Source of the DNA: a virus
Taxonomy: Duplodnaviria; Caudoviricetes
IMG/VR virus record: IMGVR_UViG_3300049140_000186
Span: 9,783 to 73,782 of that record
DNA length: 64,000 bases
Reading direction: 5' to 3' (one strand)
The notes below the pieces were generated by a model. That model was not told the DNA's origin and made no database searches. It saw nothing but the letters and a program-made list of their open reading frames with translations. The translations under genes and the position numbers were made by a program. This document shows, one piece after another, positions 1 to 9,424 of the stretch (position 1 is the first letter of the stretch; the number at the start of each line of letters is the position of its first letter).

Positions 1-105
1 CGAACGCTGGTCTAGCGGCTCCGGGGAAACCCGGACAACCCGCGACGCCTGCTTACGGACAACCTGCCAACGGCTCCCGATCCCTCAACAAAAGGAATCT
101 GGACC

Positions 106-948
106 ATGGCCGACACGGCATTCCAGACACAGTACCGACAGGAATACATCGCTGGCTTCGAATCCGGCGAATCGCCTCTCCGCACGGCGGTTACGACCGA
201 ATTCGTGCGCAAGGGCAATGAAGCCGTCTTTCTCGTCGCCGACAGCGGCGGTGCGGAAGCGGTAACGCGCGGCGCGAACGGCCTCATCACCGCTCGCTCT
301 GACAACCTGAGCCAGACCACGGCCACTCTCGTCGAATGGCACGATCTGGTCCGCAAGACCGACTTCAACGTGTTCGCCTCGCAGGGTGACCAGAAGCGCA
401 TCATGCAGGACACGTCCCTGAACGTGATGAACCGCAAGGTCGATGATGACATCATCACCGAACTGGCAACCGGCACGGTCGACACTGGCGCAGCGGCAAC
501 GGGTTCTCTGACCCTCGTCACCAAGGCTATCGGCATCCTCGGCCTCGCCAAGGTGCCGATTCAGCAGATCGACAACATGTGGGGGCTCATCACTCCCGCC
601 ATGCTTGCCTACCTGATGCGTGATGCGACGTTCTCGTCTCGCGATTACGTCGACATGCAGCCGCTGGCTGGCGGTCCCATCAAGCGCGTTCTGCGCTGGG
701 CGGGCTGCAACTGGCTGATGCACCCGGACCTTCCGGGCGTCGGAACCTCTGCTGAGAAGTGCTTCCTGTTCCATCGCGCGTCCATCGGGCATGCGGTCGA
801 CACGTCGAACCTCGAAAGCAAGGTCGGTTACGACGACGAACAGGGTTACTCCTGGGCTCGTACCTCGGCCTTCATGGGCGCGAAGCTGTTGCAGAACAGC
901 GGCGTCGTTGTCGTCAACCATGATGGCTCTGCCATCGTCGGCGCATAA
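106..948 (+). CDS. Major capsid protein (BPP-1/HTVC010P-like phage capsid family)
   Basis: 280 aa, RBS AAGGAA; N-terminus MADTAFQTQYRQEYIAGFE typical of this capsid family; heads the structural operon. Confidence 0.85.
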   Translation: MADTAFQTQYRQEYIAGFESGESPLRTAVTTEFVRKGNEAVFLVADSGGAEAVTRGANGLITARSDNLSQTTATLVEWHDLVRKTDFNVFASQGDQKRIMQDTSLNVMNRKVDDDIITELATGTVDTGAAATGSLTLVTKAIGILGLAKVPIQQIDNMWGLITPAMLAYLMRDATFSSRDYVDMQPLAGGPIKRVLRWAGCNWLMHPDLPGVGTSAEKCFLFHRASIGHAVDTSNLESKVGYDDEQGYSWARTSAFMGAKLLQNSGVVVVNHDGSAIVGA

Positions 949-961
949 GGAGGGCTGACAC

Positions 962-1219
962 ATGGCCTATGAAACCACCAACCCGCCGAAGTGCGTTCTG
1001 TCCGGCTTCGGCGGTTCCGCTTCGATCTTCGTCTACACGGATGGGGATGCCCATACCGCTGTCGACGAGGCCGGCTACTTCACCAACGGCAAGCTCCTTG
1101 GCATGAAGGTCGGTGACATCGTGTATGTCCAGAACACCACTGGGTACACGACCACGCTGCACTCTGTCAGCGTGGTGTCGGGTGACGCGGCCACCGTCTC
1201 GGCGGCTGTCCTGGCCTAG
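962..1219 (+). CDS. Small virion protein, possible capsid decoration protein
   Basis: 85 aa, RBS GGAGG, directly after capsid gene and before a terminator. Confidence 0.6.
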   Translation: MAYETTNPPKCVLSGFGGSASIFVYTDGDAHTAVDEAGYFTNGKLLGMKVGDIVYVQNTTGYTTTLHSVSVVSGDAATVSAAVLA

Positions 1220-1230
1220 TTCCAGGGCTT

Positions 1231-1262
1231 GGCGGGGGCTGTAACAGGCTCCCGCCTTTTTC
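1231..1262 (+). terminator. Rho-independent terminator after capsid genes
   Basis: GGCGGGGGC-loop-GCTCCCGCC stem followed by TTTTTT. Confidence 0.75.
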
Positions 1263-1290
1263 ATTCATCTGATCCGAAAAGGAAGCCGCT

Positions 1291-1662
1291 ATGGCAAACC
1301 AGAACATGACGGCGCTTGTGCTGGCTAATGCCACGGCAAGCGCGAACGGTGCCGATTTGGAGAACGTGTCCGGCAGGGCCGCGCATGTCGTGATCGACAT
1401 CACTTCGATTACCGGCACGGCTCCGACCGCGACCTTTACGGTGCAGGGCAAAGACCCGAAGTCGGGCAAATACTACACCATCCTGGCATCCGCCGCGCTC
1501 AACGCTGCCGCAACAACGGTTCTGCGCATTGGGCCTGCGCTGACGGCTGCCGCCAACCTCGTCGCAAACGATGTCATGCCGCGCGCCTTCCGCGTGATCT
1601 GCACCACGGGCGGCACAGTGACCGACCTTGATGCAACCGTTGGCGTCTCGCTCGTCGACTAA
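1291..1662 (+). CDS. Hypothetical virion structural protein
   Basis: 123 aa Ala/Thr-rich beta-type ORF with RBS AAGGAAG in structural operon. Confidence 0.6.
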   Translation: MANQNMTALVLANATASANGADLENVSGRAAHVVIDITSITGTAPTATFTVQGKDPKSGKYYTILASAALNAAATTVLRIGPALTAAANLVANDVMPRAFRVICTTGGTVTDLDATVGVSLVD

Positions 1663-1685
1663 ACCCCAACCTGGAGAACAGCCCT

Positions 1686-2120
1686 ATGGCATTGAACGTC
1701 AACGGCCTTCGTGCGGCCGAAAGCAAGCGCGTCGTCTATCGCATCGACCTGGCGGCGGACGTGAAAGTCGAAGACCTGTTGCTGCCCGATTTTTGGGTGC
1801 ACGTCTCCCGACAAATGCGCGTCGATGACCGCATTGAAGTCATGGCCTGTGAACGCAAGTGGTTCGCCGAACTGACGGTGCTGGAAGTTTCCAAAGCCGG
1901 CAACGGTGGCGCTCGGGTGGCCTATATCGTCGGGCCTGTGGCTCTGACGAACGCGGCCGAAGTCGAGAAGCCGGCGACGCATGAAATCCGCTGGGGCGGG
2001 CCGAAGGGTCAATGGCAGATTATGCGCGTCTCTGACAAGGCGGTCGTTAAAGGCGGCATTGAGACAAAGGAAGCGGCATCGACCTGGCTGACCGGGTTTG
2101 CGCTGGAAAAGGCGGCCTGA
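1686..2120 (+). CDS. Hypothetical phage protein
   Basis: 144 aa, RBS GGAGAA, co-oriented in operon. Confidence 0.6.
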   Translation: MALNVNGLRAAESKRVVYRIDLAADVKVEDLLLPDFWVHVSRQMRVDDRIEVMACERKWFAELTVLEVSKAGNGGARVAYIVGPVALTNAAEVEKPATHEIRWGGPKGQWQIMRVSDKAVVKGGIETKEAASTWLTGFALEKAA

Positions 2121-2123
2121 CCG

Positions 2124-2747
2124 ATGGCCGATCGCCTTTCCCTCTATAACGGCGCGCTGATCAAGCTCGGGCAGCCGCGTCTTTCGGCCCTGACGGATGA
2201 GGGCAAGGGGCGGCGTGCGCTCGATGCCTGCTACGACAAGGTAGTCAAGCGCTGCCTGGAAGGCGGCTTCTGGAACTTCGCGCTGCGCTTCGTCCAGTTC
2301 ACGTCTGACCCGTCTTACAATTCGGAATGGGGCTATCAGAAGATTTTCGCGAAGCCGGATGACTGGCTGCGGACTGCCGGCGTCACCTATGACGGGCACG
2401 GGCGTTCGCCGCTGCTCGACTATGACGACAGGCAAGACTTCTGGCTGGCGGATGTCGACCCGATCTATGTCCGGTACGTCTCCAACGATGTCGATTATGG
2501 GCTTGATCTAGGCCGCTGGCCTGAGAACTACACCACCTTTGTCGAATACGACCTGGCGCACGAAACCTGCGAGGAAATCACCGGCTCGGCTGAAAAGAAA
2601 AAGAACCTTGAAAAGGACCGGGAGACGGCCGGCAAGAAAGCATCGAACACGGATGCCATGAATGAGCCGGTGACGCGTTTTGCGCCTCCTGGCAGGCTTG
2701 TGCAAAGCCGTGGTAGCTGGTCGCGCGGGTCGAGCGGCGCTCGATGA
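2124..2747 (+). CDS. Tail tubular protein A (T7 gp11-like adaptor)
   Basis: LSLYNGALIKLGQ...CYD...L...WNFA and PDDWLR motifs; position before tubular B. Confidence 0.85.
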   Translation: MADRLSLYNGALIKLGQPRLSALTDEGKGRRALDACYDKVVKRCLEGGFWNFALRFVQFTSDPSYNSEWGYQKIFAKPDDWLRTAGVTYDGHGRSPLLDYDDRQDFWLADVDPIYVRYVSNDVDYGLDLGRWPENYTTFVEYDLAHETCEEITGSAEKKKNLEKDRETAGKKASNTDAMNEPVTRFAPPGRLVQSRGSWSRGSSGAR

Positions 2748-5473
2748 AGACCAACGTTGCGCTTCTCGCGATGAACCGGGGGCTGGTGTCGTCAACTGCG
2801 CTCGCCCGCGTTGATGTCGATCGCATCCGGCTAAGCGCCGAAACGATGACGAATTGGCTGCCGAAGACGCAAGGGGCAATGTTTCTGCGTCCAGGCTTTG
2901 GATATATCGGCACGAACAAAAACAACGCTTTCGGCGTCGACATTCCGTTTGTCGCCGCGACCGATGACACGGCGCGGCTGGAACTCGCTGACGGCGTGAT
3001 GCGGGTTTGGGTCGATGACGAACTGGTGACGCGCGTTGCGGTCACCACGTCCATCAGCGCGCTAACCTCTTCGGCCAACTGGACCGATCAATCTACCAGT
3101 GGCGGAATCGTCTCGCATGGCGGCTCGGGCCTAACGCTCAACGCGACCAATGTTGGCGGCGAAGCCAAGGTCCAGCAAACTGTCACCTGCTCGGGCTCGA
3201 ATATCGGCAAGCGGCATGCAATCAACATCACCGTAACGCGTGGGCCGGTCACTTTCCGGGTTGGCTCCACCACGGGCGGCGATGAATACATCTCGGAAAC
3301 GACGCTGCGCACGGGCTCGCATAGCTTGGCGCTGACGCCTACCGGGAATTTCTACGTCCAGTTCCAGACCGACAAGGACGTGAACCGGATCGTCGCAAGC
3401 TGTGCCATCGACGCGGCTGGCACGATGGAACTTTCCATCCCCTGGACCGCTGCCGATCTGCCTTTTGTCCGGTACTCACAATCCGCCGATGTGGTCTTCG
3501 TGGCCTGCGACGGTCATCAACAGCGTCGCATTGAGCGGCGGGCTGTCGATAGCTGGTCCGTGGTGCTCTACAAACCGGATACGGGGCCTTTTTTTGCGTC
3601 CAGGACTGCGGCGGTAAAGCTGAAAGTCGGCGCGACCAACGGCAACACGACGTTGACGGCGAACAAGCCGTTCTTCAAGTCGACGCATGTCGGGGCTCTC
3701 TTCCGCCTGTTCAACGAAAGCGTTTCCCAGACGTATTTTCTCGGCGCTGACGGTTCCTTTACGGAGCCGTTCCGGGTGACAGGTGTAATTGACGATTCTG
3801 GCGTAGCCGGCGGCTACAATGACCGAGACTGGACCTATGAAATCAGCGGAACCTGGTCCGGCACGCTGAAATGGCAACGTTCTTTCGATGGAGAGGATAC
3901 AGGCTATAAGGAATTCAGGTACAAGACTGGTGAGACGACGGTCGACATCGCCGCAAATCTCGCGTCCACCGGCAACGAGGACCACGACGACAACGCGGCC
4001 ATCTATTACAAATTGGGTTTTGCCGAAGGAGACTATACGTCCGGCACCGCGACGGTCACGGTTGATTATGACGGCGGTGGCGGCTTTGGCGTCTGCCGGG
4101 TGGTTAGCTTCATTTCGTCAACGGTCGTCAATGTCGAGGTTCTGGATCGCTTCAACACTGCGGAATACACCGACAGTTGGCAGGAAGGCATCTGGTCCGA
4201 TAGGCAGGGCTGGCCCTCGGCTGTAACGCTTCACAAGGGCCGGCTCTGGTGGCTGGGGAAAAGCCGCTTCATCGGGTCTATTTCCGACGATTACGAGAAC
4301 TTTGACCCGGACTTTGAAGGCGACGGCGGCCCGATCAACAGGACGCTCGGGGCCGGGCCGGTCGATACAATCAACTTCTCCCTCTCGCTCGGCCGCCTGA
4401 TCGTTGGCACGTCGGGTTCGGAATACTCGATCAAGTCCACGTCCTTCGATGAACCGCTGACGCCACAGAATGCACAAGCCGGCGACCCGTCAACGCAAGG
4501 GTCACGGCAGGGCTGCGACGCGGCAAAGGTCGATAATCGCGGCATCTTTGCTCAACGCTCCGGGAAGCGCCTGTTTGAACTGATCTTCGACCCGGACACA
4601 TACGAATATGCGCCGCGTGACCTGACGCTGCTCTGTCCGGACCTGACCGGCTCGGCCAAAGTCGTCGGCATGGCGGTCCAGCGGCAACCCGACACGCGCA
4701 TTCACGTCTGGCTCGATGACGGCTCGGCCGTGCTGCTGACCTATGAACCGGCCGAAGAAGTGACTTGCTGGTCGCGTATCGCTCCCGGTGGCTCGGGCTT
4801 TGTCGAGCGGGTCACGGTCCTTCCGGGCGAAGATGAAGACCTGATCTATTACAAAGTGCGCCGTACCGTTAACTCGGCGACAGTGCGCTATACCGAAAAG
4901 ATGGCGCTGGAATCTGAATGCGTCGGCGGCACGATGAACAAGCAGGCTGACAGCTTCGTCATTGTCTCGGCCGTCACGGGAACAACCGTGTCGGGCCTTT
5001 CGCATCTGCGGGGGCATTCGGTCGTGACCTGGGGCGGCGGTGCCTATCTCGGAACCTATACGGTCTCGGCGGGCGGAACCATCACGCTTTCGGCCGCCGT
5101 CACGGCAACCGATGTGTTGGTGGGCCTCGGATATGACGCGCTCTACAAGTCAACCAAGCTGGCCTATGCGGCGGCGGCGGGAACGGCTCTCAACCAATTG
5201 AAGCGGGTCAACTATCTCGGCTGCATCCTACGCAACACGCATAATGACGGGCTCTATTTCGGGCGGGACTTCGACAACATGGACCCGCTGCCGCGTCTGA
5301 TCGACGGGCGGCCGGTCACTACGACCGAAGTCTTTGCCGAATTCGACAAGCCGGCATTCCTCTTCCCTGGCGAATGGGACACTGACAGCCGGCTTTACCT
5401 CAAGGCCTCTGCTCCGAAGCCGTGCGAAATCATGGCTGCGGTCCTGTCTGTGGAAGCGCATGACAAAGTCTAA
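2744..5473 (+). CDS. Tail tubular protein B (T7 gp12-like nozzle)
   Basis: 909 aa; RPGF near N-terminus, QSADV, GWPSAVTLHKGRLW, FDP, YAPRDLTLL, VTCWSR motifs; ATGA overlap with tubular A. Confidence 0.85.
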   Translation: MKTNVALLAMNRGLVSSTALARVDVDRIRLSAETMTNWLPKTQGAMFLRPGFGYIGTNKNNAFGVDIPFVAATDDTARLELADGVMRVWVDDELVTRVAVTTSISALTSSANWTDQSTSGGIVSHGGSGLTLNATNVGGEAKVQQTVTCSGSNIGKRHAINITVTRGPVTFRVGSTTGGDEYISETTLRTGSHSLALTPTGNFYVQFQTDKDVNRIVASCAIDAAGTMELSIPWTAADLPFVRYSQSADVVFVACDGHQQRRIERRAVDSWSVVLYKPDTGPFFASRTAAVKLKVGATNGNTTLTANKPFFKSTHVGALFRLFNESVSQTYFLGADGSFTEPFRVTGVIDDSGVAGGYNDRDWTYEISGTWSGTLKWQRSFDGEDTGYKEFRYKTGETTVDIAANLASTGNEDHDDNAAIYYKLGFAEGDYTSGTATVTVDYDGGGGFGVCRVVSFISSTVVNVEVLDRFNTAEYTDSWQEGIWSDRQGWPSAVTLHKGRLWWLGKSRFIGSISDDYENFDPDFEGDGGPINRTLGAGPVDTINFSLSLGRLIVGTSGSEYSIKSTSFDEPLTPQNAQAGDPSTQGSRQGCDAAKVDNRGIFAQRSGKRLFELIFDPDTYEYAPRDLTLLCPDLTGSAKVVGMAVQRQPDTRIHVWLDDGSAVLLTYEPAEEVTCWSRIAPGGSGFVERVTVLPGEDEDLIYYKVRRTVNSATVRYTEKMALESECVGGTMNKQADSFVIVSAVTGTTVSGLSHLRGHSVVTWGGGAYLGTYTVSAGGTITLSAAVTATDVLVGLGYDALYKSTKLAYAAAAGTALNQLKRVNYLGCILRNTHNDGLYFGRDFDNMDPLPRLIDGRPVTTTEVFAEFDKPAFLFPGEWDTDSRLYLKASAPKPCEIMAAVLSVEAHDKV

Positions 5474-5822
5474 GCCCGAAGTCGTGCCGCTCAAGCATGA
5501 GCATCTGGAACGGTTCTATGGCGCAAGCGGGCGGCATCCGACCGTCAAGGGCATTGCTGCCTTCGTCGATGGCGAACTGATCGCGGTTGCGGGTTTCCGA
5601 TACATGCAGGGGAGCGTCATTGCCTTCTGCGACCTGACGGACAAGGCGCGGCCCTACAAGGTCCAGATGCACAAGTATGCGCTCCTGCTGATGAACGAAG
5701 CCAAGACGCGCCACAAGCGGATCGTGGCGATTTGCGACGAAGACGAACCGACCTCGGCGCGGTGGCTCGCGCGGCTCGGTTTCAAGCCTGGCGAAGGAAG
5801 GTTGTGGGTATGGCGGACTTAG
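5460..5822 (+). CDS. GNAT-like protein (T7 gp13-like, internal virion protein A position)
   Basis: Start moved to ATG 5460; C-terminal SARWLARLGF motif; conserved position after nozzle. Confidence 0.65.
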   Translation: MTKSKPEVVPLKHEHLERFYGASGRHPTVKGIAAFVDGELIAVAGFRYMQGSVIAFCDLTDKARPYKVQMHKYALLLMNEAKTRHKRIVAICDEDEPTSARWLARLGFKPGEGRLWVWRT

Positions 5823-6322
5823 GACTAACAACGCTCCTGTCCCTCGGCGCGACTTTGATTGGCGGTGGCGTCACGGCTGCCGGCACAATTGCGGCCGGCA
5901 ATGCGCAGGAATCGGCCGCTGAGTTTCAGGCTAAGCAGCTTGAACAGCAGGGCAGGGAAGAGCGCGCGGCATCCCAGCGTGAAGCCCAACGCGTCCGCAA
6001 AGAGCGCGATTTCATTCTCTCCCGGCAACAGACGGTAGCGTCGGCGTCCAACCTCGGCGCTCTCGATGAAACCGTCCTCGATCTGGCCGGCGATGTCTCG
6101 GAAGAGGCGGCGTTGCAGGAAGGCTTGATCCGCTACGGCGGCGAAGAGCGTGCGAAGGGCAGGACCGCACAGGCTGCGGCTTCCCGCATGGAAGGCAAGG
6201 CGGCAAAGACCGGTTCACGGTTTAGCGCGGCCGGCACAATCATGGGCTCCATCGGCTCTTTCGGCAGCGAGTGGGCGCGGGCAAATAACAGTCAGCCGCC
6301 GTACCAGTCGAGGTACGCATAA
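5810..6322 (+). CDS. Internal virion/ejection protein (T7 gp14-like)
   Basis: Start moved to ATG 5810; hydrophobic Gly/Ala N-terminus then coiled coil; position. Confidence 0.7.
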   Translation: MADLGLTTLLSLGATLIGGGVTAAGTIAAGNAQESAAEFQAKQLEQQGREERAASQREAQRVRKERDFILSRQQTVASASNLGALDETVLDLAGDVSEEAALQEGLIRYGGEERAKGRTAQAAASRMEGKAAKTGSRFSAAGTIMGSIGSFGSEWARANNSQPPYQSRYA

Positions 6323-9300
6323 ATGGCGCTGAAACTTCCTGGCGCGGAAGACCTCGGCGGGCGTCCAAGCGCCCGGGCTGGGCGTCCTATTGCCTCCTAT
6401 GACACGTCGGCAATCGGGCGTGGTGCTGCGCAACTCGGCTCGGGCATCATGTCGATGGCTGCCGATCTGCGGCAGATGGACGTGAACAAAAAGGCCAAGG
6501 TCGACCAGGCAACGGCATTCGCAACGAAACGCCGTGCGATGGAGTTCGCGGCGACGCAGGAAAAGGCGTTGGTCGAGGCCGGACAGGCGGCGGAACCTGG
6601 TGCCTTCGGCTTCAAGGAAACCTATCAGCAAAGCTACATCGACGCGGCCAAGGAATTTTATCAGTCGGTGCCGGAAGACCTCAAGCCGCAATACGATGTC
6701 GAACTCTTCGACATTGAAAACAAACTGGCGACGCAGGCGCAGACATTCGAAAAGGCGCAGCGGTCGAGCTACTACAAGGCCGAAGTCGACACGGGGCTAA
6801 CCCGGATCGAAAGCGACCTGTACGCAAACCCGGACAGTTTCGAAGAATCCGTCTGGAAGGGTGAGCAGTTCATTGACGCGCTGCCTGATGAAGACATTGG
6901 CCCTATCGAAAAGGAGGCCATGCGCCGGGGCTGGAAGGCCAAGGCGCAGTTGGCGGCGCTGTCCGGCATGAAGCCGGCCGAACGTCTCAGGGCGCTTGGC
7001 GAGGCTCCTGGCGGCGATGACATCATCAATGCGATGATAGGCGTGGAAAGCGGCGGCGACCCGTCTGCTGAGTCTCCTGTGGGCGCTCTCGGCCTGATGC
7101 AAGTCATGCCGGGGACTGCGGCCGAAATCGCGGCGGAAATCGGGGACAGTGGCTTTCCTCGCTCGCCGGAAGCACAAGAGGCCTATCTGAAAGACCCGGA
7201 CGTTTCAGTCAAATACGGCTCCTTCTATTATCAGAAGATGCTTGCCCGCTATGACGGCGATGTCGAGGCGGCGCTTGTGGCCTACAATGGCGGACCCGCT
7301 CGGGCTGATGCCTGGCTGCGGTCGGGGCGCAACGATAGCGTCATCCCGCAAGAGTCCGCCGACTATTACAAAAAGGTCATGGGCCGCGCTGGTAAGCAGG
7401 CCTCGGGCGAAGCTGACGGCAACGCGAATGCCTTCCTGAAAACCCGCCTTGTCGGGCATGGTGACGACCATATCGACGGCATGCGGCCTGAGATGCAAAC
7501 CCGCCTGGCCGCGATGTTCAATTCCGCGCCTCCCGGCATTCGCGAAAAACTCGGCATCTTCTCGGGCGCTCGCTCGGTTGACCGGCAGGCCGAACTATGG
7601 GCGGCGGCGCTCAAGAAATACGGCTCGCCGGAAGCGGCACGCAAATGGGTAGCACCTCCCGGCAAGTCAGCGCACAACCACGGCTCCGCCGCCGACCTGT
7701 CCTATGATGGCAAGTCGCTGGCGCATGCGCCGAAGGAAGTTGTCGCGTGGGTCCATGCCAACGCTGGGAAGCACGGCCTCAAGTTCCCGCTCGGGAATGA
7801 GAACTGGCATGTCGAATTGGAAGAAACTCGGGGCGGCAAGGGCTATCGAGTGGATCCCCGATTTGCCGACATCGATTATGCGTCGCGCGAAGTCATCGCC
7901 GCCAAGGCGCAAAAGGAAGCCGACGACATCGCGGCAACGACCGCGCTGGAAAGCAAGGCGGCTTACCTGGCGCATGACCAGCGCGTCGGGCTCGATATCG
8001 AATTAGGCAACATCGCTACCGAAAACCAACTGCTGGATGACCCGCTGCTAGACGATGGCGACCTGACGAAACACATCAAGGCCTATCGTGCGAAGACCAA
8101 GGAAGAGGCCGACGTGAAGGAACTCGTCGCGGCTATCGTGGTCGGCGACAGGGCTGCCGGCGCGGTGAACGGCTTCGATGTCGACGAACGCAAGAAAGGC
8201 GACAAGGCTTATGAGGCTATTCTGAAAGCTAGCGGCCCGGAGAATGCCGAAGTAGTCACGCAAGCCTTCGTTGCCGGCACTGGCTATGTTCCGAAAGACG
8301 TTCAATCGGCGCTGCGCCAAGGTGCGCTGGCAAGCGACCCTGCCGTCTTCGCCTCGGCAATGTCTCGGGCTGACGCTCTGGAAGTTCTGGCGCCTATTTC
8401 CTTCGGCTCGTTCGAAGGCGGTTCGGACGTGCGTGAAAAGCTCGGCCTGTTCCGGCATTTCGTCAACGACAGGCAAATGTCGGGCGAAGCTGCGGCGGAA
8501 CGCATAATCCGCATGAAAGACCCGGCGCAAAAGGTGAACCGCGAAATCCTGAAACCGGAAGCGGACAAGTTCGTCAAGACGCTGACGGTCGACCAGGTAA
8601 CCGCGGAATTTGATCCCGGCATCTTCGGTGCGGAGCCGGGCGCGGGCGTGATGCCGGTGCAAGTGAACGGGCTCCTGGCCGAATACCGGGAGATTGCCGA
8701 AGAAAAGTTCTATGAGGCGGGCGGCGACACTGGTGCTGCAAAGGCGCTCGCGCTTACCGAACTCAAGACGCGCTGGAACGTCAGCAATGTTTCCGGCAAG
8801 CCGAACCTGATGCGGCTGCCGCCCGAAATCCACTATCCTGCCATCGACGGCGGGCACGAATACCTTCGAACCGATGCGCTCAAGACTGCCGAAAGCTACG
8901 TGGCCGACACGTTTCCGGGGCGCAAGGTCGAGAACGTCGCAATCGTGTCGGACAAGGCGACGCGGGCCGATATCGAAATGGGACGGCCTCCGCGCTATCG
9001 CCTCTTCTACCAGTATCAGGAAAACGGGCAGACACGCTTTGACGAAGTGTTCGAAGGCCTGTGGGGCATGGATGGCAAGGAACTGAAAACCCTTGGCTCC
9101 ACGGCTCAAGAGAATGCAAGGAACCGCTTCCTGCAAACCCGAACGCGCAACGACACTGCCAATCAAGTCGAGCGTGACGCGGCAGTCGAGGCTGAACGCG
9201 CGCTAGACGAAACGGTCGGGCCGGACTGGATGAAGGCGAACGCTGCTGCCGCTGCGCGTGAGCGTGGCCGCATGGACGCTGACACGGTGCGCGCGGGCGT

Positions 9301-9424
9301 TCCTGTGGTGGAACCTGCCGCGCCCGAACCTATCGACCCGGCGACACTCCCTGACACTCCTGGCATGGCGCGCAAGCGGACTATCGACCGCGCCGTGTGG
9401 GGCTCTTCGGAACCTAAGCTGTAA
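6323..9424 (+). CDS. Ejection protein with SLT lytic transglycosylase and M15 (VanY-like) peptidase domains
   Basis: GVESGG...GALGLMQVMPGTA...AYNGG (SLT); SGARS...PGKSAHNHGSAAD...ENWH (M15 Zn motif). Confidence 0.85.
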   Translation: MALKLPGAEDLGGRPSARAGRPIASYDTSAIGRGAAQLGSGIMSMAADLRQMDVNKKAKVDQATAFATKRRAMEFAATQEKALVEAGQAAEPGAFGFKETYQQSYIDAAKEFYQSVPEDLKPQYDVELFDIENKLATQAQTFEKAQRSSYYKAEVDTGLTRIESDLYANPDSFEESVWKGEQFIDALPDEDIGPIEKEAMRRGWKAKAQLAALSGMKPAERLRALGEAPGGDDIINAMIGVESGGDPSAESPVGALGLMQVMPGTAAEIAAEIGDSGFPRSPEAQEAYLKDPDVSVKYGSFYYQKMLARYDGDVEAALVAYNGGPARADAWLRSGRNDSVIPQESADYYKKVMGRAGKQASGEADGNANAFLKTRLVGHGDDHIDGMRPEMQTRLAAMFNSAPPGIREKLGIFSGARSVDRQAELWAAALKKYGSPEAARKWVAPPGKSAHNHGSAADLSYDGKSLAHAPKEVVAWVHANAGKHGLKFPLGNENWHVELEETRGGKGYRVDPRFADIDYASREVIAAKAQKEADDIAATTALESKAAYLAHDQRVGLDIELGNIATENQLLDDPLLDDGDLTKHIKAYRAKTKEEADVKELVAAIVVGDRAAGAVNGFDVDERKKGDKAYEAILKASGPENAEVVTQAFVAGTGYVPKDVQSALRQGALASDPAVFASAMSRADALEVLAPISFGSFEGGSDVREKLGLFRHFVNDRQMSGEAAAERIIRMKDPAQKVNREILKPEADKFVKTLTVDQVTAEFDPGIFGAEPGAGVMPVQVNGLLAEYREIAEEKFYEAGGDTGAAKALALTELKTRWNVSNVSGKPNLMRLPPEIHYPAIDGGHEYLRTDALKTAESYVADTFPGRKVENVAIVSDKATRADIEMGRPPRYRLFYQYQENGQTRFDEVFEGLWGMDGKELKTLGSTAQENARNRFLQTRTRNDTANQVERDAAVEAERALDETVGPDWMKANAAAAARERGRMDADTVRAGVPVVEPAAPEPIDPATLPDTPGMARKRTIDRAVWGSSEPKL

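Noticed and set aside
8048-9166. 372-aa minus-strand ORF
   Set aside because: Antisense shadow of the high-GC ejection protein gene; no motifs.
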